From contig CM060733.1 of NCBI GenBank assembly GCA_030704615.1, positions 29,698,001 through 29,762,000 of the forward strand: a stretch of 64,000 nt of DNA, written 5' to 3'. The translations under genes were made by a program, and so were the position numbers. The stretch comes from Takakia lepidozioides (lineage: Eukaryota > Plantae > Bryophyta). Below, in pieces: positions 1 through 10,587 of this stretch; the first letter of the stretch is position 1, and each line of letters starts with the position of its first letter. The notes under the pieces are model-generated. The model did no database searches. It was given only the letters and a program-made list of their open reading frames with translations, and was not told the DNA's origin.

Positions 1-819
1 AAAGATTCCCTCCTCGCCTCCTTCAGAGCATCTTGGGGAAGAGGAGGAATCATTTGTTGCAACATTGATACGGACTCATGTACATGGGCAGACTCCATAC
101 CTGAGCTCTGGAAACACCGATGGAGCACCATCTTCGGCCTCCCCTGACTTGGACTTGGCAGATATTAACTGGAAGCACATAAGGAGGGGGTCTAAATCTA
201 AGTTGATCTTCCTCGGATAGACATCTTCCGAGTTTCGCTCCTTGGCCGTTCTGGCCTGTGCTCTTACTGTTCGTCGTTCCGTTCGGTTCCCTCTGCACTA
301 GGGCACCTCTCTCTCATGTAGGTTTTCATTGCTATGAACTAATCCCAGATTAGCTCTCTGCACTATGGGCAAATCTTGCAACCAATAAGAGATGGATCTA
401 CCAGGGCTGCATGCGTAGACAGGTCTATTTTTTACCCAGTTCACTGTTCGTTGGAATCTCCAACACGGTCCCGTGTGTTAAGCCTCATGGCAATATGTAA
501 GGGTTTAATTTTTTCCCTATAAATTTCCAGGGCCTCTCATCCCTTTTCGCTTAAAAAAAAAAAAAACAAAAAAAAAAACAGTAATGTTTCCAGCATCCTG
601 GAGGCAGATACTCTTCCGTGTAGATAGGGGTAAAGAAAGCTCCACAGGGTTTCGTCATACGAGGATGACAAAGATCTCAAAACACAAATACACAGGAAGC
701 CATGCAACAATGGGCACTTGGTCGAAAGCAAATGGCTGCACTTGCACTGAGACTTGAGCCTCAACAGTTTTTGACTCTCTGATGATCATGATTGCCAAGA
801 AATTTGAGGAAACGAGCCA

Positions 820-1337
820 CTGTGAGGTGGGGTGGGTATCTTCACGCAGAGTTTGCCAATGAATTCTTTGGATTGAAAGATAGCTCGTTCAAGGAATTTC
901 CCTTTTTCAAAGATGCCTGTATTATCATTGTGGTCAACTCTGGCTGCTCAGCTGCACAGCTGCACAGTGGTGGTTTTCACAGCAGAACTAAGACAATTTG
1001 GATTTCGAACGTAAGTGCACACAGGTGGCCTTATGGGTGGAGAATCAATCGAACTCGCCTTCGGTGAAAGCTGGGCTTGCTAGTATGGCACAAGGTCGAG
1101 AGCGTAGTGATGATTCTATGCTCAAAATGCAGCGGGGACCAAGATGGCCGAAAGAGGGCGTCGACTTCACGCCTACCAGCCATGGGCTTGTGAGGGCACT
1201 GTGTGCAGACTCCGATACTTTTGTCTGTCTCTTGCAAGAGTGCATCAAAGTGAAAGTCCTTGCAGAGGGGAAGCAGGTGCATGTCCGCAATTCCGTAGTT
1301 CAAGCCAGGCATTGTATTCAACACCCTTGTCAACATG
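820..1337 (+). pseudogene. 5' fragment of a PDF-motif + PLS-PPR gene (paralog of the 7932-10587 gene)
   Basis: Colinear with ~8030-8677 at DNA and protein level ([60 protein letters not shown]...[25 protein letters not shown]...FNTLVNM). It has an 8-nt duplication (gctgcaca x2), an in-frame TAA, internal deletions, and breaks off in the first S motif. Confidence 0.85.
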
Positions 1338-1462
1338 CAGGAGCAAGGCGGACGCCAAGATATGACTGTTTTGGAAGCCCCACCATTGAGCTATTCGTGC
1401 ATGTGTGTTTTCACCTCTTTTCCTTTCTTTTTAGGTTTCCACCTGCAGGTCTATAAAATAGG

Positions 1463-3116
1463 ATGCGGACCACTTTCTATGATGGGCTTGGTAAGTTGGC
1501 TAGTCTGGTCGATCTGACTGAGTGTTTTTGACATGTTACTGCTACTGGGGTTACAGGCAAATATCCAGAAAGCCAAGATATAGAGATGGTGAAGGTTTGG
1601 AATTACTATGCTGCAAGCCCCAGTCAATGGTGGGACACTCGAGGTAATAAGGTGAATGCCTGTCAGCTTTGAAGTAGACAATAAGATGCATCTCCCAAAT
1701 TGATGATACCACCCATGATCTCTCTCTCTCCTTTCTCCTCTCTGCTATTCTCCATAACCCACAGGGCAATATCATTCATGTGTCTCCTATCTGCTGCAAC
1801 AGAGAGGGACATTGGATCCAAATCACAGTTTGTATTATGAGAGTACTGCCAGCTGTTAATCAACACTTGATTCCTCTAAGTGAACAGCCACATTCACATG
1901 TAACACATTTGTTGGACAAATGGTGAATCACCTTCATGCTTTCTTAGCTGATGATGTATTCCATGCAACAGAATGCAGTATGAGGACAATGCCTGGTCAT
2001 TAATCAACACTCAATCCCCTGTGTCTGGAATATTGTCAGCTGTGGGTGGGGTCTGCCTTGAATATCCTTACTGGTTTGAACCCTTGAATGGCTCCAAGAG
2101 GGGTGAATGCTGGCAAAGAGATTCTCTCAATTCTCTTCCTCCCACTACTTTGTAACTCACTCAATTCCCTCTGCAATATTTGTGTCTGCTGTGGGAGAGT
2201 GCTATGTAAATTCTGGGCTGCCTCAAATATCCTACTGGTTTGATGATCAATGCTGGCAAAGAGAAAGTTTCTCGCTACACTCTCTTCCTCCCACAACTTT
2301 TTAACTTTTAAACTCAGAGTAGGAACTAGCGTCTGATATGTAGGGGAGGTGTTGGCTGTGTTGCTCATGTTTTGTCATTGTCAGCTTCTGATAGTAAAGA
2401 GGAGGGAGCTATGCATGTTTGTTGTGGAGGCAGGAACAGCTGATGGAGACAGGGATGGATCATGGGTGCAGGTCCATCCAAGGGGACCAAATTTCAAGCA
2501 CAAGAGTACCAATGAGGCTCTGTGGATTTATGGCTACAAGAAACCTCCTTTAGATGGTCGGTTGGAGAAGCTGGATACAGCTAGGGGTAAGTATCATGAA
2601 ATACGTCGATGAGATGGAAGGTTACAAGTGCGAGATTCTCCCACATCATCTCTCTCTTTTGCCATTATAAGTTACACACAAGCACCTTGGTAACAATGTC
2701 TCTTCCATAGGGTTTATCTGGTAATGCCTACGAAGATACTGGATACGACCTGGCATTTTTATAGTTCTAGGTTCAGCAGTTGGTGTTTTCCCTTTCAGCA
2801 GAGAGAGAGATGATGCCAACCGAAGTTCGTATAAATAAGAGCCTCTTCCCCTTGTGGGTACTGCCCTTTCTCTTTTGTGTCCGTATGTTTTCACCCTGTG
2901 TTTTCCTTTTAGGTTTCCACAGGGGCCGGCTGAGATAACATGTACACCGCTTTTGCATCATGGTCCATGGATCTTTGATCGATCTGAATGGTTGTGACAT
3001 GTTAATGCTTCTTCTTTGCAGGCAACAATCCTGAAAGCGAAAATGCAGACGTGGAGAGGCTTTGGGCCAACCATTTTCCAAATCCAAGTCAATGGTGGGA
3101 CAATGGCGACAATAAG
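1463..3116 (+). CDS. Predicted upstream exons (1463-1490, 1557-1651, 2472-2586, 3022-3116) encoding OSB-type PDF motifs, splicing in frame to the PPR-DYW exon at 3840
   Basis: All junctions are GT-AG and phase-compatible (1,0,1,0). Translation: ...VKVWNYYAASPSQWWDTRGNK|VHPRGPNFKHKSTNEALWIYGYKKPP...VERLWANHFPNPSQWWDNGDNK|VEINPRGSDFKH... matches the W-x-NP-x-WWDNR-x-K-x-NP-x-PDFKHK-x-EALW pattern. The joined ORF is 982 aa. The true start codon is uncertain. Confidence 0.65.
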
Positions 3117-3839
3117 GTGAATTTGTGTGAAGATACAGCAGAAGTAGACAACAATCTCTCTCTCTCTCTCTCTTTCTCTTTTTCTTTTTTCACCAACTTT
3201 CAAAATCTCAACGCTGAGCCTAAAACCCTGGCCCTTTTGGAGTGTAACTGCTGGCCAGACACACAGCAGAGTGATGCTTGTCTGAAGGGCTCTCTAGAGG
3301 AAGTCTGGAAAGCCCAAACAAATTGTTTATATCAAGGTAAGTACCACTACTGGAGTGAGCCCCTCACAAAGGTAGTGGCTGTTCCCATTTGTTCCACCCA
3401 AACTGGGCGCGGTCTATGGCCACAAGGCTACAGCGAACAACATCTCATCAGTACATTCTTTTTCTGTGCGTGGATGGGGCTGCCAGTTTGCACATGTTTC
3501 ACATCTGTTGCAAGCTAGAGGCTATTGGAGCAGTTCTGGATAGACCTTATACTTCCTAGAGCAAGGGTATTGTCAGCAGATTAATCTACACTCAATTCCT
3601 TACTCAGAGATTGTGTTGGCTGTGTGTGAGCACTATAGAATTTCTGAGCTGTATGAAAGCCCCTGTAATTGGATTGTTTTCTTCACAGTATGCAAGGCAT
3701 AAGAGAACTTGGGGTTTAGAGTTGGGGTTTCTGAAGTGTTATTTATGGGTTAAAATCGTCAGCTACTTGCAGCGAGGCAGATCTATTCATTTTGTTGTGG
3801 AGGCATGAATAGCTGAAGGAGGAACTGGATGGAGTGTAG

Positions 3840-6455
3840 GTGGAGATCAATCCCAGGGGATCAGATTTCAAGCACAACTGTGTCAACGAGACACTGTGCA
3901 TTTATAGCTACAAGAAATCTATGTGGGAAGACTGTCAACTGGTAGCAGCAGCAGCACCAGTGTATGAATCAGGCAGGACTGCCATGATGACTTCTTTTAA
4001 AAGAAATTCAAAAGGGGGATTCCACATGAACTCCTCTGGCACTTGTGGGAAGAGACTATGTATGGCAGGACAATTGAAAGAGGCTCTGCAAATTTTGGAC
4101 CAAGAAGGCAATTCAGCAGACTCCAATACCTATGTCTGTCTTTTGCAGGGGTGCATGAAGATGAAAGGCTTAGCAGAGGGAAAGCTGGTGCATGCCCACA
4201 TTATCCGAAGTGGATTCAAGACGAACCTCTTTCTTCAGAACACCCTCATGGACATGTACGCGAAGTGCGGGAGTGTGGTGGATGCACGCCGAGTGTTTGA
4301 CAAAATGCCTTTACGAGATGTCTTTACATGGACTATAATGATGACAGGATACGCCAAGCATGGGTATGGGAGGAAGGCCATCGAGTTATATGAGCAAATG
4401 AGACAGGAAGGGATCACGCCTGACAATGTGACATTCACATGCGCTCTCAAGGCATGTGCCAGCCTAGGAGCCCTGGAAAAGGGTGAAGAGGTGCATGCTG
4501 ACATAATCAAAACAGGAATTAAGCCACATGTCATTCTGGAGACTGCCCTGGTCAACATGTATGCCAAATGCGGGAATATGGAGGATGCACGACAAGTGTT
4601 CAATACCATGGCTCAGCGAGATGTGGTTGCATGGACGGCGATGATCACAGGATATGCTCAGCATGGGTGTGGCAGGGAGGCTTTGGAGACATATGAGCAG
4701 ATGATGCACAAAGGTGTGCCTCCCAACGAAGTCACCTTTGTCTCCGTTCTTAATGCGTGTGCCAGCCTGGGAACCCTGGAAAAGGGCATTGAGGTTCATG
4801 CTCTCATGATCAAAGCAAGGACTAAGCCAAATATCATTCTGGAGAATTCGCTTGTTGACATGTATGCAAAATGCGGGAACATAAAGGATTCACGTCAAGT
4901 GTTTGACAATATGGCTATTCGAGATTTGGTGTCATGGAATGCAATAATTGGAGGGTATGCTCAGCATGGGTGTGGCCAGGAGGCGTTGGAGACCTATAAG
5001 CAAATGTTACTGGAAGGGGTGACACCTGATAATGTCACATTCATTTGTGTTCTAAATGCGTGTGCCAGCCTGGCAGCCCTGCAAAAGGGCAGAGAGATCC
5101 ATGCTGGCATCATGAAAGCTGGAATTGGGGCAGATGTCATTCTGGAGACAGCACTTGTCGACATGTATGCCAAATGCGAGAACATGAAGGATGCAAATAA
5201 AGTGTTCCAAAGTATGGCTACACGAAATGTGGTTTCATGGAACGTGATGATCACAGGCTATGCCCAGCATGGATGTGGTAGGGAGGCTTTGGAAACCTAC
5301 GAACAAATGATACAGGAAGGAGTGATACCCGACGAAATCACCTTTGTTTGTGTTCTCAACGCTTGTGCCAGTCTGGCAGCCCTAGAAAAGGGTAAAGAGG
5401 TCCATGCTGACATGATTAAAGGCAGAATCAAGCCAAATATCATTGTAGAGAATACCCTTATAAACATGTATGCTAAATGTGGGGACGTACAGCATGCGCA
5501 TGAAATTTTGGAAAGTATGGCTAAGCGAGATGTGGTCTCATGGACTGCGATGATCGCAGGATATGCTCAGCATGGTTGCGGTATGGAGGCCCTGCAACTA
5601 TTTGAACAAATGAAACAAGAAGGATTGACACCGAATTGCATCACTTTTATAGGTCTTCTGTCTGCATGCAGCCATGTGGGACTGGTGGAAGAAGGTCGAT
5701 ATTACTTTGATTCCATGAGCCAAGATCATGGTCTATCTCCATCGGCAGAGCATTTTGGCTGCATGGTGGACCTTCTTGGCCGTGCCGGGCAACTGGATGA
5801 GGCAGAAGACTTGGTTCACAATATGCCATGCGAAGCAGATGTTGCGGTGTGGGGGGCCTTGCTTGGTGCCTGCAGAATTCATGGTAATGTGGAGGTGGCA
5901 GAACGTGCAGCAAAATTCCTTCTCAGGTGGGATCCACAGCACGCTGCCACATATGTGTTGCTATCCAACATCTATGCTGCGGCTGGCAGGTGGGATGACA
6001 CTGCAAAGGTGAGGAAAATGATGAAGGACAGAGGTGTCAGAAAGGAGCCAGGATGCAGCTGCATTGAAATCGACAACCGTGTGCATACATTTGTCGTAGA
6101 TGACAAGCTGCATCCACAAATTGATGAAATCCTTGCTGAGTTGGACAGGTTGTCTGGGCAGATGAAGAAGGACGGGTACATACCCGACACGCGCTTTGTA
6201 TTGCATGATGTGGAGGAGGATGAAAAGGAATTTTCTCTTTGCCAGCACAGTGAGAAGCTGGCGATTGCTTTTGGGCTCATCAGCACATCCCCTGGGACTC
6301 CTCTTCAAATCATCAAGAACCTTCGGGTATGTGGTGACTGCCACACAGCCACCAAGTTCATCTCAAAGATTGTTGGACGAGCAATTGTTGTACGGGATGC
6401 CAACCGCTTTCACCACTTCCAACATGGTGTGTGTTCTTGTGGGGATTACTGGTGA
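3840..6455 (+). CDS. PLS-class PPR protein with E1-E2-DYW:PG domain (organellar C-to-U RNA editing factor), main exon
   Basis: 17 PPR motifs (L1-S1-P1 triplets ending P2-L2-S2), E1/E2, PG box [22 protein letters not shown] and terminal CSCGDYW in an uninterrupted frame. The GTG 'start' is more likely a splice acceptor (tag|GTG). Confidence 0.97.
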   Translation: MEINPRGSDFKHNCVNETLCIYSYKKSMWEDCQLVAAAAPVYESGRTAMMTSFKRNSKGGFHMNSSGTCGKRLCMAGQLKEALQILDQEGNSADSNTYVCLLQGCMKMKGLAEGKLVHAHIIRSGFKTNLFLQNTLMDMYAKCGSVVDARRVFDKMPLRDVFTWTIMMTGYAKHGYGRKAIELYEQMRQEGITPDNVTFTCALKACASLGALEKGEEVHADIIKTGIKPHVILETALVNMYAKCGNMEDARQVFNTMAQRDVVAWTAMITGYAQHGCGREALETYEQMMHKGVPPNEVTFVSVLNACASLGTLEKGIEVHALMIKARTKPNIILENSLVDMYAKCGNIKDSRQVFDNMAIRDLVSWNAIIGGYAQHGCGQEALETYKQMLLEGVTPDNVTFICVLNACASLAALQKGREIHAGIMKAGIGADVILETALVDMYAKCENMKDANKVFQSMATRNVVSWNVMITGYAQHGCGREALETYEQMIQEGVIPDEITFVCVLNACASLAALEKGKEVHADMIKGRIKPNIIVENTLINMYAKCGDVQHAHEILESMAKRDVVSWTAMIAGYAQHGCGMEALQLFEQMKQEGLTPNCITFIGLLSACSHVGLVEEGRYYFDSMSQDHGLSPSAEHFGCMVDLLGRAGQLDEAEDLVHNMPCEADVAVWGALLGACRIHGNVEVAERAAKFLLRWDPQHAATYVLLSNIYAAAGRWDDTAKVRKMMKDRGVRKEPGCSCIEIDNRVHTFVVDDKLHPQIDEILAELDRLSGQMKKDGYIPDTRFVLHDVEEDEKEFSLCQHSEKLAIAFGLISTSPGTPLQIIKNLRVCGDCHTATKFISKIVGRAIVVRDANRFHHFQHGVCSCGDYW

Positions 6456-7601
6456 AAGGAGCAACATGCAAGAGTGAAAGTACGTCTCTTGAAACTTGAG
6501 GTCGGAAGGCCAATAAATTGCTCCATTTTAGTAAGCAATAGGTAAGCTGGAAGAAGGATGTTGTGCAATTGAATGTGACAGTCTGTACTGTATGTGGACA
6601 TGATCATGGTGACCTGCAGACACATGGCCAAGCTGGCCATGTTGTGCCAAACATGTGGTAGTGATGTTATCCATTCACGCGACCTTCATATTAGTCTCCT
6701 GTCTGGTATCTTTGAGGATGACTGCAGGTATAGTAGGTTGCACCGTATTTTGCACAACGACCATTGACTCCACAGGAAGAAATGGTAGGTCATTCACACA
6801 ACAATTGCGGGTTACCCTTGAAAAAGCCCAGGAGTTAAAAATCGCTGACAACCTGGTCAGGATGCTAAAACCAGGGTATAGCATTCGGTGAGAAGAATGA
6901 CATACACAAGCACTCTAGAGGAGCCAAAAACAGAGTTATATGCACGACCAGATGTGGATCATGGAGTCTGCAGACAGACTACTGTAGGCATTGTGGGCAG
7001 TTCTGCTGATAGAATTTGTTAAATGGGTTGTCATCATGAACCTGTATCAGTGAATATGTGCATCCACCTCTGTTCCCAAGTTATTCGCATGAGTCTATAT
7101 GTATTATGACCCTACAGCATCAAAAGCAACAAGACTGGCAGCTGAGGCACAAGTAGAATCTGCTCCTGTTTCTTCTGCCATTGTTTCATCTGCCATCAAA
7201 GTTTTCTGGCTACCCTGCCATGCCATCTATGTTTTGGGCTGCCTCCCCTCTACTTTACAGTCGTCACTTGGGCCCAAAGCATTTGTCTCAAGAACGGGAT
7301 TAGCTCTTGATAGAAATGCCGACTATGCAGTGCAGTTCAAGAACACTTCCTCTGCATCTAAAAGTTGGCAATCCAGTGAATCCAGTCAATGTACATGTCT
7401 CTATTCATTCACACCTTCCCACACAAATACTTGCCCATGGCAGTTGTTGTGCTTCGTGACCCACATTACATTCCAAACGATAGAGAGTAAGCATTGAAGA
7501 ACACCAGCAAAATGATAGGGATCAAGTTCTTTCTCATCGTTTTCTCTGCTGCTCTTTGAAAAAAGGATAAATATAACTCATCATCATATTCTTACGTACT
7601 C

Positions 7602-7673
7602 GCGTTTGTAGTCCAACGGTTAGGATAATTGCCTTCCAAGCAATAGACCCGGGTTCGACTCCCGGCAGACGCA
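7602..7673 (+). tRNA. tRNA-Gly (anticodon UCC), nuclear plant type
   Basis: GCGTTTG/CAGACGC acceptor stem, ATTGC-CT-TCC-AA-GCAAT anticodon arm, GGTTCGACTCC T-loop/B box, discriminator A. AT-rich 5' flank and a T5 run at ~7709 as a likely Pol III terminator. Confidence 0.97.
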
Positions 7674-7931
7674 TACACTGGACTTGTAACGTACTCGAAC
7701 TCCCTCTCTTTTTCTCTTTCTGCCTCATTCCTGGGAGTGAGAGACGTGCAAGTTCCCCGTTCAGTTTGCTGGTTTTGCAGCGCAGTGTTTCTGAGGACCC
7801 ACAAACTGTGGAGCTGCTTTGATGTCTGCGTGTGTTTGCATATGTGGAGAGTCTCGCACTCGTCCTGCCCCATCTTTTCGTTTTGTGATCTACACACACA
7901 TGTGGGTCTTGTTAAGCTTGCAGTTCTAGTT

Positions 7932-10587
7932 ATGAAGGTCGAAGTTGGGAGTTCCTTGGAGTTGGGAAGCAGGAGGAAACAGGAGTTTCTCGCAGAGCAT
8001 TCGCAGTTGGGGGACCGGAGGATTGTGGAGGTGAGGAGGGTACCTTCATGCAGAATAGGAGGGAGTTTGTCAATGAATGCTTTTGATGGAAGGGGGCGTA
8101 GCTACAATTTTCGTGGTTTTGGTATCAGTAATTTTTTCTTTCTTTTCGGCAGGAATGAGAGTTGCTTGTTCAAGGTATTTCGCTTGACTTGAAGATGCCT
8201 GGGTAATCTTTGTAGTAAGCTATGGCTGCTCAGCTGCACAGTGGTGGTATGCACAGAAGAATTTGAACTGTGTGGACTTCAAGTGGAAGCGTACGAAGGA
8301 GGCCATATGGATAGAGAATCAGTCGAACCCGCCTTCGGTGAAAGCAGAACTGACAGCTATGGCACAGGGTCGAGCCCAGTCTGGCGATGGTTCTATGCTC
8401 ATTTTACAGCATGGACCAAGATGGACAAAAGAGGGCGTCCATATCGCACCTACAAGCTGTGGGGATGTGAGGGCACTGAGTAAAGAGGGAAGACTGAAAG
8501 AGGCGCTTCACACTCTCGACCGACAAGGCGTTCAGGCAGACTCCAATACTTTTGTCTGTCTCCTGCAAGAGTGCATCAACATGAAAGCCCTTGCAGAGGG
8601 GAAGCAGGTGCATGCCCACATTTTACAAAGTAAGTTCAAGCCAGGCATCATTGTATTCAACACCCTCGTCAACATGTATGCCAAGTGCGGGAGCATGGTG
8701 GATGCACGGCAAGTGTTCGAGGAAATGACTCAAAGGGATATATTCACGTGGACTACGATGATGGCAGGATACGCTAAACATGGACAAGCTGAGGAAGCTT
8801 TCAAAATCTACGAGCAAATGGAAGGGGATGGTGTCATGCCCAACAGGGTCACATTCGTTTGCGCTCTCAATGCATGTGCCAGCCTTGGAGCTCTGGAGAT
8901 CGGCAAGAGGGTGCATGCTGACATCAATAAAGCTGGGATTGCGTCATACGTTGTTTTAGAGACAGCTCTCGTTGACATGTATGCCAAATGTGGGAGTGTA
9001 AGAGATGCCCGTCAAGTGTTTGACAAAATGACCAAGCGAGATGTGGTCGCATGGAATGCAATGATCGCAGGATACGCTCAGAATAGCCATGGTGCAGAAG
9101 CTCGTGGTGAAGAGGCCCTCCAAATCTATGCGGAAATGCAACAGGAAGGTGTGACTCCTGACAGGGTGACATTCATTTCCGTTCTCAATGCGTGTGCCAG
9201 CCTAGGAGCGCTGGAAAAGGTCCAGCAGATCCATGCTGATATCATGAGAGCTGGAATTGCTTCATATGTCAATTTGAATAATGCCCTTCTCCACACATAT
9301 GCAAAATGCGGGAGTGTAAAGGATGCATGTCAAGTGTTCGATAAAATGGCCAAGCGAGATGTGGTTTCATGGAATGCAATGATCACAGCATATGCTCAGA
9401 ATGGGCAAGATGAAGAGGCTCTGAAACTCTATGAGAGAATGCAGCGTGAAGGTGTGACACCCAACGAGGTCACATTTATTTGCGTTCTCAATGCGTGTGG
9501 CAGTATTGGAGCTCTGGAAAAAGGCAAGATGGTCCAGGCGGACGTCGTTAAAGCTGGAATAACGCCATATGTCAATTTGGAGAATGCCCTTGTCGACACA
9601 TTTGCCAAATGTGGGAGTGTTTTAGATGCGCATAAGATGTTTGAAAAAATGGTCAACAGAAATGTTGTCTCATGGAGTGCGATGATCACAGGATATGCTC
9701 AAAATGGGCATGGTAGGAAGGCCCTACAACTGTTTGAAGAAATGCACAAGGAAGGCGTGAAGCCGGTTGGCATCACCTTCATTTCTGTTCTGTCTGCATG
9801 CAGCCATGCAGGCCTAGTGGATGAAGGCCGTCACTACTTTGATTCTATGAGCCGAAATCATGGCCTCACACCTACAATGGAGCATTTTAGCTGCATAGTG
9901 GATCTTCTTGGCCGTGCAGGGCAATTGGACAAGGCAAAGAATTTCATTAAGAAAATGCCTATCCAACCAGAATCTTCGGTGTGGTTGGCCTTGCTTGGTG
10001 CGTGCCGACTCCATAGTGATGTGGAGGTAGCAGAACATGCAGCAAACTGTGTTCTCAAGCTGAATCCACAGCATGCTGGAACTTACGTGTTGCTATCAAA
10101 CATCTATGCTGCAGCTGGCAGGTGGGACGATAGGGCAAAGATGAGAAGATTGATGGAGAACAGAGGAGTCCAAAAGGAGCCAGGGTGCAGCCGCATCGAG
10201 GTCAACAATCAGGTGCATGCATTCCTTGTAGATGACAAAGTACATCCAAAACTAGAGCAGATTCATTCTGAGCTGAAGCGATTATTTGTGCAAATGGAGG
10301 AAGCCGGGTACGTCCCTGACACACGCTTTGTACTGCATGATGTGGAGGAGGAGCAAAAAGTATCCTCTCTTGGCTACCACAGTGAGAAGCTGGCCATAGC
10401 TTTTGGGCTCATCAGTACTCCCCCTAGGACCCCTATCCGTGTCATGAAGAACCTTCGGGTGTGTGGTGACTGCCACACTGCCATCAAGTTCATCTCAAAG
10501 ATTGGTGGGCGAACCATTGTTGTACGGGATGCCACCCGCTTTCACCACTTTCGAGATGGACTTTGCTCATGTGGGGACTATTGGTGA
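7932..10587 (+). CDS. PDF-motif + PLS-PPR-E1-E2-DYW:PG protein (14 PPR motifs), with a probable 1-nt frameshift at 8187 separating the N-terminal leader
   Basis: Open frame 8188-10587: EDAWVIF...[39 protein letters not shown], then PLS repeats, PGCSRIE, HSEKLA, VCGDCH, CSCGDYW. The first in-frame ATG is at 8359. Upstream ATGs at 7842/7932 join only if A8187 is removed, as in the paralog at ~890-915. Confidence 0.9.

Noticed and set aside
1-540. Possible retrotransposon gag remnant on the minus strand
   Set aside because: No recognisable intact motif.
6020-6455. U-to-C (DYW:KP-type) editing factor
   Set aside because: Both genes have the PG box, HSEKLA and terminal DYW typical of C-to-U factors.
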